A stretch of 64,000 nucleotides of DNA from Neoconidiobolus thromboides FSU 785 (GCA_025603075.1 MU626365.1:10918-74917), one strand, 5' to 3'. Counted from the stretch's first letter, positions 11,775 through 25,078 are shown. Notes: generated from the sequence alone by a model not told the origin. Numbers and translations are program-made.

Positions 11775-13694
11775 ATGTATCTTAGACCGCTACTCTTTTT
11801 ATTTTTATCACTTGAATATTTAATATATGCTGTACCTTCCTTTGGCCCTAATCCAATACGAAGACATCATTTAATTACAAAACCTAAACTCAATAATAAC
11901 AATTATAAACAAACATATTTTCAAAGTCATCGATTCTCCTCACGTAATCAAGAGGATTCAATAAAACAAGCGATATCCACAATCTTAAAATCGGAATTAA
12001 ATATTATTAGTTACCATATTCAAACAATTAACTATGATCAACAAAGTGAATTTCATAGTATTTATATATTACCTATGGTAAACAATGTGATTATTAGTAA
12101 TGCCGAAATTCATTTGAATTTAGATAAATATTATAATGTATTATCTTTATCTTCAATTCCTTTTGATACTTATAATATAAACAAGCTTACAACGAATGAA
12201 ATTCAACAATATTTAAGTAATAGTACTAAGATAACTAGTGTATTAACTGATTTTTTTAATTTTGTTAATTATCCAATGAATTCAATGAATTTAATTAATA
12301 TTAATAAGTTACAATTAAATAATGAACTTAAAGATATAGAATTAAATATTACTTATTTTATAGACAACAACAATCGATTAAAATTAGCTTATGAATTTGA
12401 TATCGATTTAATTCATGATTGGTATCATGTTTATATTTCAATTAATAATAATAATAATAATGATTTATTATGTTTAATTAATTATACAAATAAAGCAAGT
12501 TATAATGTATATCCATTAGGTACTATTGACCCTAATCAAGGAAGCAGACAATTGCTTATTAATCCATATAATAAAATAGCTTCACCACTGGGATGGCATA
12601 ATGAAGGCAATAACAAAACATATACAACAACAAAAGGAAATAATGTTTATGCAATCAATGGAAATTTAAAAGATATTCAAGATATTACAGTTGTTGAAGG
12701 TGGTAATGAGTTAAATTTCAATTATTCTTTATCTTTATTAAAAGAACCAGAAACTTATATTAATGCATCAATAACTAATCTATTTTATATATGTAATATA
12801 TTACATGATTTATATTATTTATATGGATTTAATGAAATCAATGGCAACTTTCAAAATAATAACTTTGATTTAGGTGGTAAACAAAATGATGGTTTATTAG
12901 CTTATGCTCAATCTAATAATGATAAAGATAATGCTGATTTTACAACTCCACCTGATGGTAAAGCACCTCGAATGAGAATGTACTTGTGGGATGAAACAAT
13001 ACCTAATAGAGATGGGGATTTAGAACAAGATATTATAATTCATGAATATACACATGGATTAAGTATTAGATTAACTGGTGGACCTTCTAATTCAAATTGT
13101 TTAGGTTGGGGTGAAGCTGGTGGAATGGGAGAAGGTTGGGGTGATATTATTGCTATTATGTTAAGTATGAATCAAAATAGTGATAAAAAAGATACTTATT
13201 TCATGGGTTATTATGCTAATGGTAATAAAAGTATAAGAAAATATCCTTATTCAACAAATATTACTATTAATCCATCTACTTATGAAATCATGGATAAATC
13301 GAATTATTGGTCTGTTCATGCTAAAGGGGAAGTATGGGCTATGATGGTATTAGAAGTTTATTGGAATTTAATTGAATATTATAAATTTAATATTGATTGG
13401 TTTGATATTAAGAATAGCTTGAATTATGGCAATACTTTAATGTTAAAGATTATTATTGATGCTTTAAAATTACAACCTTGTCGTCCTACTTTTGTGGAAG
13501 CTAGAGATGCTATTTTATTAGCTGCTAGTAATTTAAAATATAATGATAAAAAATTACAATGTTTAATTTGGAAGGGATTTGCAAAAAGAGGTTTAGGTGT
13601 AGATGCTAGATTAATTGGTGCTGCTCCTTGGGGCGGTGGTCAACGTAAACAAGATTTTAATATACCTAGTTATTGCAATTCAATTTTATTATAA
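11775..13694 (+). CDS. Secreted fungalysin metallopeptidase (M36), intronless
   Basis: Signal peptide, propeptide, TTTKGNNV, PDGKAPRMRMYLW, HEYTHGLS zinc motif, GMGEGWGD and ALKLQPCRPTFVEARDAI. Confidence 0.95.
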   Translation: MYLRPLLFLFLSLEYLIYAVPSFGPNPIRRHHLITKPKLNNNNYKQTYFQSHRFSSRNQEDSIKQAISTILKSELNIISYHIQTINYDQQSEFHSIYILPMVNNVIISNAEIHLNLDKYYNVLSLSSIPFDTYNINKLTTNEIQQYLSNSTKITSVLTDFFNFVNYPMNSMNLININKLQLNNELKDIELNITYFIDNNNRLKLAYEFDIDLIHDWYHVYISINNNNNNDLLCLINYTNKASYNVYPLGTIDPNQGSRQLLINPYNKIASPLGWHNEGNNKTYTTTKGNNVYAINGNLKDIQDITVVEGGNELNFNYSLSLLKEPETYINASITNLFYICNILHDLYYLYGFNEINGNFQNNNFDLGGKQNDGLLAYAQSNNDKDNADFTTPPDGKAPRMRMYLWDETIPNRDGDLEQDIIIHEYTHGLSIRLTGGPSNSNCLGWGEAGGMGEGWGDIIAIMLSMNQNSDKKDTYFMGYYANGNKSIRKYPYSTNITINPSTYEIMDKSNYWSVHAKGEVWAMMVLEVYWNLIEYYKFNIDWFDIKNSLNYGNTLMLKIIIDALKLQPCRPTFVEARDAILLAASNLKYNDKKLQCLIWKGFAKRGLGVDARLIGAAPWGGGQRKQDFNIPSYCNSILL

Positions 13695-13780
13695 TAAATC
13701 CAATAAATTCAATTTAGTGTATTTTTATTTTTAATATTTTATTTTTAATATTTTATTTATTCTTTAATTTGTAAACTTAT

Positions 13781-16396
13781 TTAATAACTACGGCCAAATA
13801 GAGCAAAACGTTTAGCATCTTTTTGACAAGCAACACATTTAGTTTCTCCTAGTACAATTGGTTTTTCACTTGGTTGTTCAAATGGAATACAAAGAGATTT
13901 AGCTCCCATAGAAGGTGCTTTTTCATCTACTGGTTCATCACCTTGAGAACTAGTAAAAATAAAAATAAATGTTAATAAATATATATATTATATATTATAT
14001 TTGAATATAAAATTAATTTACCTCTTAGCACTTCTATCCTTAATATCTTCTTCACATTCTACTTCTTCACACCAAGGAATAAGTACCAATGATTTAGAAT
14101 CTAAAGCAGGTACAAAATCTTCCCATTTTTCAACACGGATTACATGTTCATCATATTCTTTTTTGGCTTTATTAAACATATCCAAATGAATTGTATTTAA
14201 TAATTCTGGAATCTTTGTTGATAATTCATCAACTAAAATAGATTCTTTTTTACCATTATCTCTTCTTACTGATAATGTTGATTTCTTGGCTAAATCCATT
14301 GGTCCAATTTCTAATCGAATTGGTACACCCTAGATTATTATTATTATTATTATTACGTAGTTATATTATAGAGTTAAATCTTACTCTTAATTCCCAATGA
14401 TTAAATTTATAACCTGGAGTATAATTATCTCTTAAATCAGCCTTGGCTCGAATACCAGCTTTTTTAAGAAGATCAACCACATTATTAACACCTTCTTCTA
14501 CATCCTTTCTTTCCTTTTCACTTGAAGTAACTTTAATACCACAAGGAATAACAATGACTTGAATACTAGCCACTTTAGGTGGAAGAACTAAACCTTTATC
14601 ATCACCATGAACCATAACCATAACACCAATAGAACGAGTGGATATACCCCAAGAATTTTGCCAAACAAATAATTTTTTACTTTCTCCTTTATCTCCAGTA
14701 GAAGTTGGATCTTCCACTTCAATATTAAACATCTTTGAGAAATTTTGACCTAAACAATGAGAAGTAGCCCCTTGAATACCACGTCCAGTAGATGGGATAA
14801 AACCCTCACATGTGGTCGTATAATTACCTCCAGCAAATTTTTCTTTTTCTGATTTAACACCTTTGATAATTGGAACAGCTAAATAATCTTCATAAATTTG
14901 TCGATATAATTCTAATATTTCCAAAACTTCTTTATCCGCTTCTTCCTTAGTTAAAAAGGCAGTATGTCCTTCTTGCCATAAAAATTCTCTAGTACGAATA
15001 AATGGTTGGGGATTTTTAAATTCCCAACGTACTACACTATTCCACTGATTTAATCTTAATGGTAAATCACGATAACTTTGAATCCATTTAGCGTAGTATG
15101 GGTACATCACTGTTTCCGATGTTGGACGAATAGCTACTGGTACTTCAAGTTCAGATTGACCACTGATGATTATGATTAACTCTGATATTTATTATTAAAT
15201 TTATAAATAATTCCTTACGCTCTAGTAACCCAAGCTACTTCTGGAGCAAAACCTTCGATATGATCCTTTTCTTTTTCTAATACTGTTTGAGAAACAAATA
15301 AGGGAAAATAAGCTGGTTCAACACCAAGTTCAGTAATTTCTTTATCAAAGAAAGCTATAATTATAAAATAAAATAAAATAAAATAATTAGTATTTATTTT
15401 TATGTTATTATTTAAATTACCAGTAATATGTCTCCAAATATCATAGGACCAAGGTCTATAAATATAACAACCAGAAACATCATAATAATCAATCATATCA
15501 CTTTTAATTAATACCTATGATTATAGTAAAACAGAATATTAATGAATAATTATTTTAATTTTAAAATATAAATTTATATACTTACTTGGCGATACCATTG
15601 AGCGAAATCTTCATCTTTTTTAACTTCAATACCGATTTTAGCTACGGATGAATCTATAATACTTTAATAAATACTTAGATCATTTAAATTTATTAATTAC
15701 CTTCTTCTTTTTGTTCTACTTTTTTAACTGGTTTACTATTATAATCATCCTCATTAAAACAAAACTCAAAATTTTAATTATGAAACTCTGTTACCTTTTA
15801 ACTTGTTCCTTATTAGTAGTGGGGGCAGCAGCTTCCAATTGAGTTAAATCAACAGTAGTGTATTTAACTTCTTTTTCTTCCAAAAATTGGATAATTTGTT
15901 TTGAGGTAGCGAATACAGTGGTATCACTACTTTCCCCATGAAAAGCGAATAATTCTTCACTACTAATAAATTGCTGATCAATAGCAACTACTACGTTTGA
16001 AATTTGGTCTTTATCAACTTTAGCAATGGTGAAAGGAGAAACTAAAAGAAAAAGAAAAAATAGATGAGACCATTTTAACTACCAACATCTATTAAGTAAA
16101 AATCACTTACTAGTATCCTTATCTGCCTTAAAAATCTCACTCAATAAATCGCCTGAAGCCAAGCGCATTTCTTTAAACCCAAGAAATTTAGCCACGGCAT
16201 TAGTATTAAATTGTGCAGTATCAATGGTAATAAAAACGATGGGTTGAACTGCTGCGTTCTTACCAGTTTTTGGTTTAAATACTAAAGTTTTGCTTAATTG
16301 ATAGGAACTTGGTTGTTCAGTACTTGAAGAGATAGCAGTTTGCCATTCAGTTGGATTGGTGACAATGCTATGGGTTAATTTTTGGTAATCGGCCAT
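13781..16396 (-). CDS. Cytosolic prolyl-tRNA synthetase with N-terminal YbaK/ProXp-like domain, multi-exon
   Basis: [54 protein letters not shown] and C-terminal LFGRSY*; N-terminal exon contains KTLVFKPK. Confidence 0.95.
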
Positions 16397-17065
16397 GCTA
16401 GTTAGTTAAATGTTAAGTTAACACTTTTAAAAAGAGAAAGTGATCGAGAAACTTGAGTTTATATAGGTTTCTTGACTTTTTGCGCTGCTTTTTAGAGTTG
16501 GTTTTGCAAAGTAAGCTGACATATTAGTCATCTGACTTTGGTTTCATTAGCTAATCCAAATTTCATTGGTAAATTAGATGGAGTTTGAATTTTATTTGTT
16601 AGGGCTATTCCATTTGTCAAAAAATAACTTCGGGGTTATTAGGATAATGAAAGTGATATAAAGCTGTTGCAATTCTATTGCGACCTAATTAACTAGTCTT
16701 TTAAGTAATATATTTATGCTAGAATTTGATTCAAATATAAGATTGGGCTTTGAAAAAATGGCTATATAAGTATTTGCTTATAAAAATCAACGCTAAAAAA
16801 ATCTTATAAAGTTACAATTGTAGTAACAAAAATAATAAATGGTATATACTTATTTACATAAACTTGTTTATACTAAATGACTCATTCAACTACGTATAAT
16901 AACACAAGCATTTACCCTTATTTCCTATAAAAGCATCAAGGTTTTTTTAAAATAGATGATAACTTATAGTTGATTATAATTTTAAACAAAAATATATTAA
17001 TATTTTAGCTAAAAACATATTTTCAATGTATATTTGTTTTTCTATGGATGAAACGCAACAAAAAA

Positions 17066-17139
17066 GCTCGTATGGCGCAATTGGCTAGCGCGTCCGACTG
17101 TTAATCGGGAGGTTACTGGTTCGATCCCAGTTATGAGCG
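17066..17139 (+). tRNA. tRNA-Asn(GTT)
   Basis: Identical to 934-1007. Confidence 0.97.
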
Positions 17140-17389
17140 ACTTTGGAACCTTTAAACAAAGGTTAGCTTTTTATTGCTAAATAATTTTTAGGCGTATAGC
17201 GATGGACAAAATAGAGTTTTTAGTTGACATCTTTTTAATAATATTTTATTGGTTAGTATACTAACATATCAAGCTATTAATATACAAACATCATTTAACT
17301 ACTGAATCAAATTCATCAGATAATCAAAATTTAAAAACATATAAAAAACGTAATACTTTTTTATTTAAAAACTCTATGTTAATAATCTA

Positions 17390-19805
17390 TTATTTTTTCT
17401 TGCTCAATTTAGTAGTAAATGTACCACTAGCGAACTCAGAATTAGGATCGAGTAATCTCTTTGAAGTTGTTGATGCATAAGATCGGACTCTCTTTTTACC
17501 ACTCTCTTCCTGCTTATCATTGGATTTAGATGAATGAATAGCTGAAGATGGCGCTTCTCTTAAACCAAAACTTTTAGCAATATGGCCATAGTGTAATTTT
17601 TTAACATGGAAAATCGATTTTTCACTTGCTGGATGGGTGGCATAGGCACGGATATTAGAGATATATGCTTTGCGGGCTTGTTTTTGAATCTACAAAAGTT
17701 AAATAAATGATTTATAAAAAATTAAGATTAAATAATATTACCTCGCTATCATTCAATACCAATTTTTCAAATGAATTTTGATAAATAGTAGCAGCCACTT
17801 GATAATCCTTTGTTACTTTATCGGTTAAAGCTTTTAAATTATCTTCTAAAGATCTTGGTTTAAGGAAAATTTTAATACTTTTCAATATATTAATATAATC
17901 CATTTCTGAAGGTAATAAGAATAAAATAGCATCACCACCCTTTCCAAGTCGGGCTGTTCTACCTACTCTATGAACATAATCTTTAACATCTGTTGGCGGA
18001 TCAAACTGAATAATTTGTCCTACTTTAGGCATATCTAATCCACGAGCTGCTACATCAGTACATAATAATACGCCATGTTCTAAATTTGAAAATTGTTTAA
18101 AGGATGCAGTACGTGAGGCTTGATCCATATTTCCATGTAATTTGCAAATAGCTAAATTATCTAATAAGGGACTAAGATTTTCTTTAGTAGTATCTGGTCT
18201 CTCTATATCTTCATCATAATCCTCATTTTGTAATTCGGCTTTACAAAATAATTGGTGATAAAAATCCACTTGCTCACAAGTTAACATAAATACAACTAAT
18301 TTACCCATTTTATTGGCTACTGCTTTTTTGAATAATGAAGTTAATGCAACTAATCGAAGTTTAGCTGGGACAGCCATATAACTTTGAGTAAGCTGTTGAG
18401 GTGTTGAAAATGAAGTTTTCTTTTCCCCTTCTTCTTCATCAGAGTCGTCAGAATCAGCATCTGAATCTTGATTCGAACCAGAACCAGTTAAATGAATAGG
18501 ATCACTTAATGAATATTCTGCTAATTTTTGAACGGCACTATTCAATGTGGCAGAAACTAAAACTGTTTGTCTTACCTTTGGTAAATGATGACTATTCCAA
18601 AACCAATTACCACGTTGAACTGAATTAAAATTGGCATTGTATCTGCCTTGTCTTTCAGCTAATACATTAAAAATGTTTTTTAATGTTTCTTGAAGCCCCA
18701 ATTCTAAAAATCGATCCCCTTCATCTAATACTATCCATTTTAGTCGATTTACTTCCATACTCTTTGTGTTTTGTAAGTGATCTAAAAATCGACCTGGGGT
18801 TGCTATTAATATATTTACTCCTTTACGTAACCGACTCTTTTCACTACTTTTCTTTTCTCCTCCAACAACTAAACCTGGTACAATCCAATGATATCGATGT
18901 ACTTCATCATCAGATGTAATGGGATAATTTAGTAATATATTTAAAACATCATAAATTTGCTTGGCTAACTCTCTAGTAGGTGCTAAAACAACGGATATCA
19001 ATCCACTCATTCTGCCAGGCTTAAATGAATCTGGGGGATTAATCGCGCCAGATGCTTTGATTAAACTATTGACAATAGGTAATAAAAAAGCCAATGTTTT
19101 ACCAGACCCAGTTTGGGCTTGAACGATAACATCCTTATTTAAATTGTAATTAAAAAAAGAAATGGTTTTACTTTGTACTACTGTTGGTTTATTGACTTTC
19201 ATTTTACCTTTTAAATGATTACATAATGCTTTATCCAAACCTAATACTGAAAATGAAGTTGCATTGATAACTACCCCGTTACTCGATTTTTGTAATTCAC
19301 TTGATTGGGTTTTTAGATGTTCTTTATCTACTACTGGATTCTTGGTGAATAAAGAAGACTCTATTGTCTTTTTGCTTACTTCAGTGCTCTTCTCAGTGAC
19401 TTTCTCATTATTCTTTTCAGCATTTCTCTCAGCTCGATCAAAGATATCTAACTCAGAGTCTTCATCAGAATTGTGCACTGGAACCACTTGAGTTGCTCTT
19501 GGCTTAATTTGTCTTTTATTCTGAACAATTCTAGGTTGTAGCACCGTCTTATTTGGGTTCAATGAAGCAATTGGTTTTGTAACAGTTCTTAATAACTCTT
19601 CAGGCGGTAAAAATTTATCTGGGATCGGATTATTTGCTGGTCTCTTTACCTCTCTAACAATGCCTGCTTTCTTTTGTAATTGAAGCTTCTGCTTTCTTTT
19701 CTCTCTCCATGTACCTTTTAACTTTGAGTTATCAATCGATTTCTTATTACCTCCTGAAGAACTATCAACTCCTGCTATATTTAATATTAAACCATCATTT
19801 TCCAT
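17390..19805 (-). CDS. DBP7: DEAD-box RNA helicase Dbp7/DDX31, one intron near the 3' end
   Basis: [35 protein letters not shown] (Dbp7-type motif II), [11 protein letters not shown]; last exon has RAYATHP...[14 protein letters not shown]. Confidence 0.94.
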
Positions 19806-20270
19806 CTTCTATTTGAATAAAAATAGAGTTTAACTTTTAGGTTCAAAATAGATTTTAGTTTTTTAGAAAAATGTTTATTTTTTAACTTCAGTTTTCTGGA
19901 AATTCAAGGTTTCTGGGGTTTTAAAATTTTAAAAATTTTATCCTTACAATTTTATTCTCCAATATTTTCAATATCATTAATCGTCATTTATATACCATCT
20001 AGCTTTAATTTAAATGTTTAAATATTATACAAACATAATTTATAAATGTTTATCAAAGAAGTAATATATTAATATCAAATTTTTAAACAAATTAATACTC
20101 TGCCTAATCAAAACTCTTATTTTCTATGGTAAAATCTTAAATAGTTGGTACAAACTTTAATTATCACTTTCAGCAGTATATTTTAATCCTATTTTACTAA
20201 ATATTGAGAAGACAGGAGCTGACATATTAGGTATTGTTAAAAGTAATAGAGTTTTCTAATTGAAAAAAAG

Positions 20271-20375
20271 ATATGGAGATGTATTTTGTATTTAAGAATT
20301 TTACTAACAAAATTTCTGCTCAAATAGTATTTGAAGGATAGAAAAAGTAACGAAGCAAAAAAAACACCTCTATGT
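20271..20375 (-). mobile_element. MITE family A copy 4
   Basis: ATAT|GGAGATGT...CACCTCT|ATGT; reverse orientation relative to copy 2. Confidence 0.8.
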
Positions 20376-20486
20376 TACTATTTACAACTTTAAGTTTAAT
20401 TTTTAGTTTAAAATAAAAATTGTTTATATAATGTAGATTTACTGTTGCTATTCTATACCTCTATGATATTCTAAACTTATTCCACT

Positions 20487-20592
20487 ATATGGGAATGTAT
20501 TCTTTTGTAGAATTCTTTTACTAGCAATCTTTCCGCTCAAATACCCCCTAAAAAATCGAAAAAGTAATGAAATCAAGAAAACATCCCCATAT
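20487..20592 (-). mobile_element. MITE family A copy 5
   Basis: ATAT|GGGAATGT...ACATCCCC|ATAT. Confidence 0.85.
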
Positions 20593-20802
20593 TTTGAAAT
20601 CAATTTCATCAATAAATACCATTCCAGGGATAATATAGCATTCGTTTTATTGGCTTAATAAGAGCAATATGATTGGACTGGAATGAACCTTGGTTATTGA
20701 CCAATAAAGTAGAGGCTTAACGAGACATCAACATGTCTATAATGATTTGAAAAATTAAATTCCAAGTATTTCTTGTCAAATTTCAATATTAGATCCAGAA
20801 AT

Positions 20803-21696
20803 ATGAATCCAATGGAAGGAAACCATACTGAGGAAATGCGAAATAAATTATATTTGGATAATTTTTATGTTAAAATGGGTACATTTAACAGTATCTTATT
20901 TTATTTTTATCATAATATTTTTATTTTAGATGGCAAATATATTAAAAAACCAGTAAATGAAGAGCTTGAAAAAATGCTAACTAATGTGGATATGGAACAA
21001 CGAATAAATATGCCATTTACAACGGAAATCGGTTATACTGTGGAAGAAGGAGATACAATATCAGCTGAAGAAATTGCAGAAGAAAGAGTTTGTAAACGTT
21101 TTGAAAAATATAATGCAGAAGATACTTTTATTGAGTTTGATAGTAACTTTATATATTGTTCTTGTTTTTATTAATGTTATCTTTTTATTACTAAAGATGG
21201 TGACGAGGACGATGGCGATGAGTTTGATTTATTGAATATTGAAATGCCCAAGATTTGTTCATCGGATATTGAATTTAGTGAAAGCGAATTTGATGTTTCA
21301 GCTGTTGCTAGAAGTATTAGCTTAGAAAGAAAATCAGAAGTGTCAGAAGAAGACTATTCAAGGAATTCAGGATTTGATGATATTTTAAACAGTAATGATA
21401 ATGATGAAAGTGTCAATAGCATTGTTATCAAAAATAGTGACCGTACTAAGCATAAGACAATAAGTAGTACACCCAAGAAGAGAGATAATCAAGATACGCC
21501 GAGTAAAAGCTCAGACATTTGTGAAAATAATGAAATTAAGAATTCACAACTACTTGATGAACTAATAATAACAAATGAAAATGAGGGTAAAAGTTTAGAT
21601 AATATAAACCTAGATGATTTTAATTCCATTTATAAAAGTTTTTTTACATCAAGGGGAGAGAAACCCACTCTTAGTTCAAATGGCAGGTTCATTTAA
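20803..21696 (+). CDS. Acidic, low-complexity orphan protein (two short introns); may be a decaying gene
   Basis: Two ORFs join in frame through GT-AG introns (20879-20929 and about 21141-21197); no recognisable domain. Confidence 0.5.
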
Positions 21697-22151
21697 TCTT
21701 TCAATATTTTTATATTTCTATTTTATTATTATTGTCTTTCATATGCTTCTTTTTAAATAAATATTTTTATATGCTATACATGGCTTTGATTTTAGTTTTA
21801 GTTTTTATCATATTTATATTTATTAATCTTAGATTAGAAATTATACTATTATCAAAGTGATAGTAGATAGTAATAGAATCTCGTCCTAATTCGGTGAATT
21901 GGGAACATGATTCTTGAACTCATTACTCTTAAGATATACTCAACGAAAAACATGCTTAACTCTAAAATAAAGTCCTTTTTTTATCACAATAAAATATAGT
22001 AGTACCCCTATAATAGAGTCAATGATTTTAAAAAACACCGTTTTAATTCTACGTCCATACTGAAAGATGGGATTATACAAGAAGTTTAATATACTAAAGA
22101 ATGTTAATGTAAAATATGGAAAGAACTCAAAAATTTTAAAAAGCTTTTAAC

Positions 22152-22242
22152 AAATCAGGATGTATTTTTTGTTTAAGAATTTTACTAACGACCTTTCTAC
22201 TCAAATAGTACTTAACAAAGTGATGAAAAAAACATCCCAAAT
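22152..22242 (-). mobile_element. MITE family A copy 6 (internally deleted, AAAT TSD)
   Basis: AAAT|CAGGATGT...ACATCCC|AAAT with family core CTCAAATAG. Confidence 0.75.
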
Positions 22243-22323
22243 GTTTTCATTGATAGGAGATTAAACCTTTTTTTGACTTCATCAAAACTTGAACTATGGA
22301 CTTAAGTTAGAATTAATATCAAC

Positions 22324-22428
22324 ATATGGGGATGTATTTTTGTGTTTAAGGATTTTACTAATAAATTTTCCGCTTAAATAGTGCTTAAAAATGGAAGAAA
22401 TAATGAAGTCAAAAAAACACTCCCATAT
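22324..22428 (-). mobile_element. MITE family A copy 7
   Basis: ATAT|GGGGATGT...CACTCCC|ATAT. Confidence 0.85.
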
Positions 22429-23345
22429 TGATTTATTCTAGCAAAAGCACTAAAAATCACATTCAAAAAATTAAAAAATTCGAGTTATAAATGGGCATAA
22501 AACTGACTTTAAATATCAAAAAATTCATTTCAATTCCAAAACCAAATTTAATAATCTAAAACACCACCCTCTATTCGTCATTTCTTCATAATAAAAAACC
22601 TCCTATTACTCCCTTGTATTATTTATCACTTAACATCTATTCCCTACTGATTAATATATATCATTTAGAACTTTGAGCTTAATAAGCAATATTGAACATC
22701 AGACTTAGTTCTTTATTGATTTATTTTAAATCACTAAAAATTTATTAATAGAAAACAATGTAAAATCAAGCCCCAAAAAATCAGGGTATAGAGGATTGGC
22801 CAATGGGAAGTTAAGAATGGATCAATGGGGTTGTGATTGAATAAGATTGAAAATGGAAATGATTTTTGGAATAATAAAAGGAAGATCGGATAATGAGATG
22901 ATAAGAAAATGAGGAAGGCAAAAAGAATGGACGGATAGTTCGGGATGAAGATTTTGAGCTTGAACAATTAATTTATAAAAACAAACAGCTATTTAAGAAT
23001 TCAAATTACCTGGAACTTATCGTAAAAATTGAATTTGTCATTTAGCTGTCATTTGTGTCATTTCTGTCATCTTAAGTCTAAAGATTTTGCCTTGATTTAA
23101 TTATTAGTTAAATTACTAAATTTAGTTCCAACTTAAAAAATAATTAAGCGAATAGTTGTTAATTGTTAAAAATAAAGTGATATTCTTGGATTAGTAATTC
23201 ATAATTTTGAAGTTTTTTGATTAATAATAATGCTTTTTAGCATACAAAGCTTTTTTATTTATTATAAATACAAATACAAAAGTCGATTCTAGTTGATTTT
23301 ATTTATTATCTTGATTTAAATTGAAACTTACAATAACGAATTACA

Positions 23346-24898
23346 ATGGAAGATAATAGTTATAATAAACTACCAACAACTATCGATACAGTCATTATAG
23401 GAAATGGACCAAGTTCAATATTTTTATCTTATCTATTAAGCGGATTTGAAGCTTATTACAAACCAATTAAACAAACAAATAGATACATTGATGATATTAA
23501 TCCACAACTATTATCTCAGCTTTTGAAATACCAAGATGTTCCATTATTTAATACACAACAAAGCTTACTTGAGTTAACTAATATAGCAACGAATTATTTT
23601 GTAGATAATAATAACAATAATAATCCATTATCTAGTATGTTAGATTTTTTATTACATCCTATGGCGGATATGGAGCCTGAGTTTCCGGAAATGATACATT
23701 GGAAAAAGAAAAAATCAGACAAAGTCGACCATATTGTATTAGGAAAAGGACAAATTGGCGGAGTTTGGGGAGAATTAAATTACTCTAATATGAAAGCTTT
23801 AAGGTGATTAGCTCTCTATAAACTTATTTATTCATTTAACTTATAAACTTTAGTATTCATCCTTTCCTTCAATTACCAGGGTTGAGCTTTGAAGAATATA
23901 GAAATAGGATGGACATGTTGGATAATGAAGATCGACCTATTCGGTCGGAAGTTTCTAGCTATTTTAAATATTATGTCCAATATCATAGATTAGAAAATAA
24001 TTTTAGAAATAATATCGAAGTAACTCAAGTTATTAATGTTAAAGATGTAATGAATTTTAAATATTGTCAATGTCACAATAATAATAATAATAATGAAAAG
24101 TGTCCAAAATATGGAAACTATAATTATGTTATTAAAGGAATCATACGTAGTGAAAATAATCAAAAAATTGAGAAATTTCAAATGTTATGTAAAAATGTAG
24201 TCATTGCTTCTGGAGTTTATAATCAGCCATTGAGTTTAAATATTCCTGGTTTATTAGATGAACGTGTTTTTTATAAAGTTAATGAATTAAATAATCAGAT
24301 TAATAATAATAATAATAATAATCAATTACCAGCATTAATAATAGGTAGTGGATTATCAGCAGCAGATGCTATATTAGAATTAAAAAAGAAAAATATACCA
24401 ATTATACATTTTACATATTCATTACAACATTACAAAAACAAAAATAAAAAACATCCGTTAGCTAATTGTTGGAAAGAAGATTATCCAGAATATTATTCTA
24501 TTTATAAAACAATTAAAAATAATCAAGACAATAATAATATTGATAATAACTATCAATTATATCATGATATAACAATATTATCTATGAAATATAATAATGA
24601 TTCAATAGCTGTTAAATTTGTTAATAATAGTAACAAAGAATATGAAATTCAGGTTCAATTATGTGGTATCTTTATTGGATGGGAAAAAACGATACCTTAT
24701 TTAAGTGGAAGATTATTGAATCAATTAGATGAAAATATAATCTCTAATTTAAAAACTAAAAGTAATCAACTTAATACTAAAGATAACAATAGTCAATTAC
24801 AAGGTATGTTTGCAATAGGTTCCATTGTTTCCTCCAATTTTATTCGACATTTATTAGTGTCTTGCTTAATTGCTAATGCTCAAATAAGACAACATTAA
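23346..24898 (+). CDS. OSGIN1/2-like FAD-dependent oxidoreductase, one intron
   Basis: VIIGNGPSSIFLSYLLSG, LDFLLHP, HIVLGKGQIGGVW, LQLPGLSF, VIASG and second Rossmann IIGSGLSAADAI. Confidence 0.8.
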
Positions 24899-25078
24899 TT
24901 TATTACAATATGATTTTCTTTATTGCTTGTTTTATTGTTTTATTTATTGTTTAATTTTCTATCGTTAAAAATAAAAATGTTTTTTTAAACCAATGAAATT
25001 ACTGATAATTTCATATTTATTTTTTATTCAATTCTTTTATTCTTTATTTTTGTTCCTTTTTATAAAAGACTTCAATAA

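Noticed and set aside
16524-16531. TTAGTCAT (AP-1/Gcn4-like) upstream of ProRS
   Set aside because: It is a single AT-rich octamer expected by chance, although the context is plausible.
18710-18730. DEGD instead of DEAD in the helicase
   Set aside because: This is the normal motif II variant for Dbp7 orthologs.
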